From contig OZ176053.1 of the NCBI GenBank assembly GCA_964247055.1, forward strand, positions 5,394,001 through 5,458,000: a stretch of DNA of 64,000 nucleotides, written 5' to 3'. Positions 61,601-64,000 of the stretch are shown here, piece after piece. Source of the stretch: Paragordius varius. Its lineage: Eukaryota > Animalia > Nematomorpha. The notes below the pieces were generated by a model. It searched no databases. It was given only the letters and a program-made list of their open reading frames with translations, and was not told the origin of the DNA. The translations under genes were made by a program, and so were the position numbers. Within the stretch, counting starts at the first letter, position 1. Each line of letters starts with the position of its first letter.

Positions 61601-63805
61601 AAAACCCTTTCGTCAATGGTAAAAAGAGGTTTGTTAAAATATATATATTGTAAATGAGCGGCCTGCAATAAGTGACAATCAATAAAGGATAACCAATTTA
61701 ATATACCACAATACTTCGATCATATACAACAAAACAGTTATAAGTTGTAAACAACAGATGCCTAGCAATCAAAATATGGTAATGGAATTCATGTTTTAAT
61801 AGACAAAAATATTTTTAGCGAGTTTTTTAAATATGAGATAGAATCTTAATATATATAACATAATTTTATGGCAAAAATAAAATGAGTAAATGTACATACT
61901 CAGCATTCACATCATCCCAAATCCAGGTTTCGGGAAACTCAGTGCGAGTTTCGATTTCGGGTAAACCGGCTGCTTCAGAGCCCGAACGCGCAGAGGGGGG
62001 TGGGGCGGGACCCGCTAAATTTCGGACAGAATCCATTTCCATCCCGAATGCTGGTGCTCTGGCCCTTGAAAAGGCAGCCATTGCCATGGGCCTAGCAAAA
62101 TCTGCGAATTCCAACACTGCGTTAAAGTTTTATAAAATGTTATAAAGCCAAGAGATGCACACAAAAAAGCGAAAAAAGTATGATGTGGTTAGTGAAAATT
62201 TTATTATTCTTCTTTTATATCAAGATTATAAAGAAGCATATGAGCCTGCCGATCTAAAGTTAAATTTATAATCATATTTTATCATGGTATAGAGTTCAGA
62301 TTGCAATTTTTAAGATCTATATAATAAAAATAACTATATGAAAATTATATAAAGTGTGCTATATTCTCTAAGAATTTACAATAACATTGAAATTTTTTAT
62401 GATTATAGTATGAATTTATTCCCCACTGAAACTACTAAAATTATATCTTTTGTTCAGCAAAATAGTAATTAATAACTAAATATAACGGTTAAATTGCGCA
62501 GACAAAATTAAATTTCCTATAACTTAATTTATACTTATTTTAATATATAAATTATTAATATTTTTTATTCAATAGCATAATATTTAAACATTTGACTGTA
62601 TAACTGGGAAAAACCGTTCATGAAACCATAAATATTTAAGACTCCCTAATTTCTACAGCTAAATCATGCATTTCAAAATTCGTCTTATTACCGAGGTGAA
62701 AAAGCGTAGATAGATGTTTAATTTAGGCATTAAAATTTTATATTATAGACATGCAAAAATTAGGTAAAGAAGTTAAATAAAAAACTTAAGGGTGCTTGCT
62801 ATATTAATTCATTTAAGCGCCAAAGGAAAAAAATTAAAAACATTATTTTTTTACTTTTCATATTGCGCCCACCCCAACCACGCACTATCAATATATATCA
62901 CATAAAGATAATTATATTACAAAAGTCATTTTGAATTTATCCAGTTATATTTATAAAATGCAACATTTCAAAATCTATATTACCTGGATAAATGTTATCT
63001 TCAATGGGTGAATAGATATTTGCATCAGTCAATACAAATAAGTTTGATTTCTATGCCGAAATATTGATTATTGAATTAATTAGAATCAAAGTGAAATATA
63101 CAACATGTTTAATAAAAAAATCAATTTTATGTCCTAAATAATATCCATTTAATATAGGTTTATATTATTTATATTTAAATTAAATGCTAGAAATATATTT
63201 TAACCTTTCATAATGAATTTCTTAATAAGTCAACCATTCCGCATCATACTGTTTTACATTTTATTTTACACCAAAAAAATTTTGATTAAAAAGTTATCAA
63301 TGTTAGCGTTTATTTCAAAGACTACTATGATATGTAATGGAAACGTTTGGTTTAATATTAATTAATACAACAAGAATATATCTGTTATGGTAATAGAAAA
63401 ATTTGTTTTTAACATTAACATCACCATAAAAAAATATAAATTTTACATTAATATCGCTTTAAAAAAAACATATCATACGTGCCTACAGTATTTGCAGTGT
63501 ATTTAAAATAGTATTTACCACAACCAAACGCAAATTCCATTTTAGATTCTATAAATCCAAAAAAAGTCAATCAAAAAAAGGTTAATCAAAAAAATCACAT
63601 CAAATATTTCAGCTGTATTGGCATAGTTTCGGTAATCACGTCGACCATAAAATACATTATCATTGGAAGAGCCAGAAAAAGATTCTAATTCACTTTCTAT
63701 AACAGAACGTGAGATATCATTATCAGCGCCGTTTGAAGTGCCGAGTAATTGCACACTCTTATCCACGGCTACGATACCTAACCTTGCTTGAGGTGATGTT
63801 TTAAG
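49692..63805 (-). CDS. CD109: Thioester-containing protein (CD109/iTEP/A2M family), 3' 20 exons (about 1065 aa); the 5' part lies beyond the window
   Basis: Exons 63805-63599, 63050-62984, 62116-61900, 61422-61305, 61055-60942, 60628-60350, 59796-59637, 58872-58696, 57859-57688, 57362-57257, 57044-56830, 56091-55936, 55603-55548, 55365-55252, 54984-54871, 54123-53879, 53160-53073, 52868-52738, 50645-50533, 50040-49692, all in phase. Motifs: [48 protein letters not shown] (58816-58802), [44 protein letters not shown]. The symbol is family-level. Confidence 0.93.
50799..52463 (+). mobile_element. Non-autonomous Helitron with about three internal tandem units of 510-560 bp, in a TEP intron
   Basis: 5' end A|TCTATATATTTATAAAA at 50799, repeated at 51370. 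The marker gggcccacccc recurs at 50951, 51513 and 52020. The 3' end has hairpins at 52413-52429 and 52431-52451, then CTAG|T at 52460-52464. Confidence 0.8.
60110..60180 (+). mobile_element. hAT MITE 3'-end fragment
   Basis: atgcggcccgcaaagccattagtgttggacatccCTG; the reverse complement CAGGGATGTCCAACAC matches the family TIR. Confidence 0.65.
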
Positions 63806-64000
63806 CTAAATGATATAAAAAATGATGTTAAATTTTATAAAAAAAGGGTGAATATATATATATATATATATATATATGGATTTTAAAATATCGAAAACTT
63901 TAATAATCTTTGTAAAAAAGTAAAAATTTTCTGAAATATAATAATAAATATCTAATAAAAAATTTTAATAGCATATTTCATTTTTATAATATAATTAGCA

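Noticed and set aside
62170-62260. Possible alternative bait-region exon after an actttag acceptor
   Set aside because: The phase-compatible frame stops after about 16 codons and there is no donor.

Overview
This is very AT-rich animal (invertebrate) genomic DNA with GT-AG spliceosomal introns, so the ORF track shows only exon fragments. I rebuilt four genes by hand, checking splice phase at every junction. (1) A DBHS-family NONO/nonA-like RNA-binding gene on the minus strand (about 1.9-4.9 kb, 3' end unresolved). (2) A 29-exon K-Cl cotransporter (KCC, SLC12A4-7 type) on the plus strand, 15793/19167-37417, about 1515-1600 aa, with two candidate first exons and several large C-terminal insertions. 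(3) An intronless PRDM13/PRDM8-type zinc-finger gene on the plus strand, 43939-45324, with no visible PR/SET domain and an eh1-like motif. (4) The 3' 20 exons of a thioester protein (CD109/iTEP/A2M family, GCGEQ intact) on the minus strand, 49692 to beyond 63805. Introns and intergenic DNA carry many non-autonomous elements: TTAA-flanked piggyBac-like MITEs (one triply nested), a TA-flanked TACCATTT MITE family, Buster-type hAT MITEs, a Helitron with internal tandem units, a miniature LTR element inside an RTE LINE remnant, and a dead Harbinger transposase. The most notable observations are an obligatory 24-nt intron, three TGATTGACAG (PBX-MEIS-type) sites around the PRDM13-like gene, and the enlarged KCC. 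I saw no rRNA, tRNA or CRISPR features. All calls come from manual reading; no searches were run.
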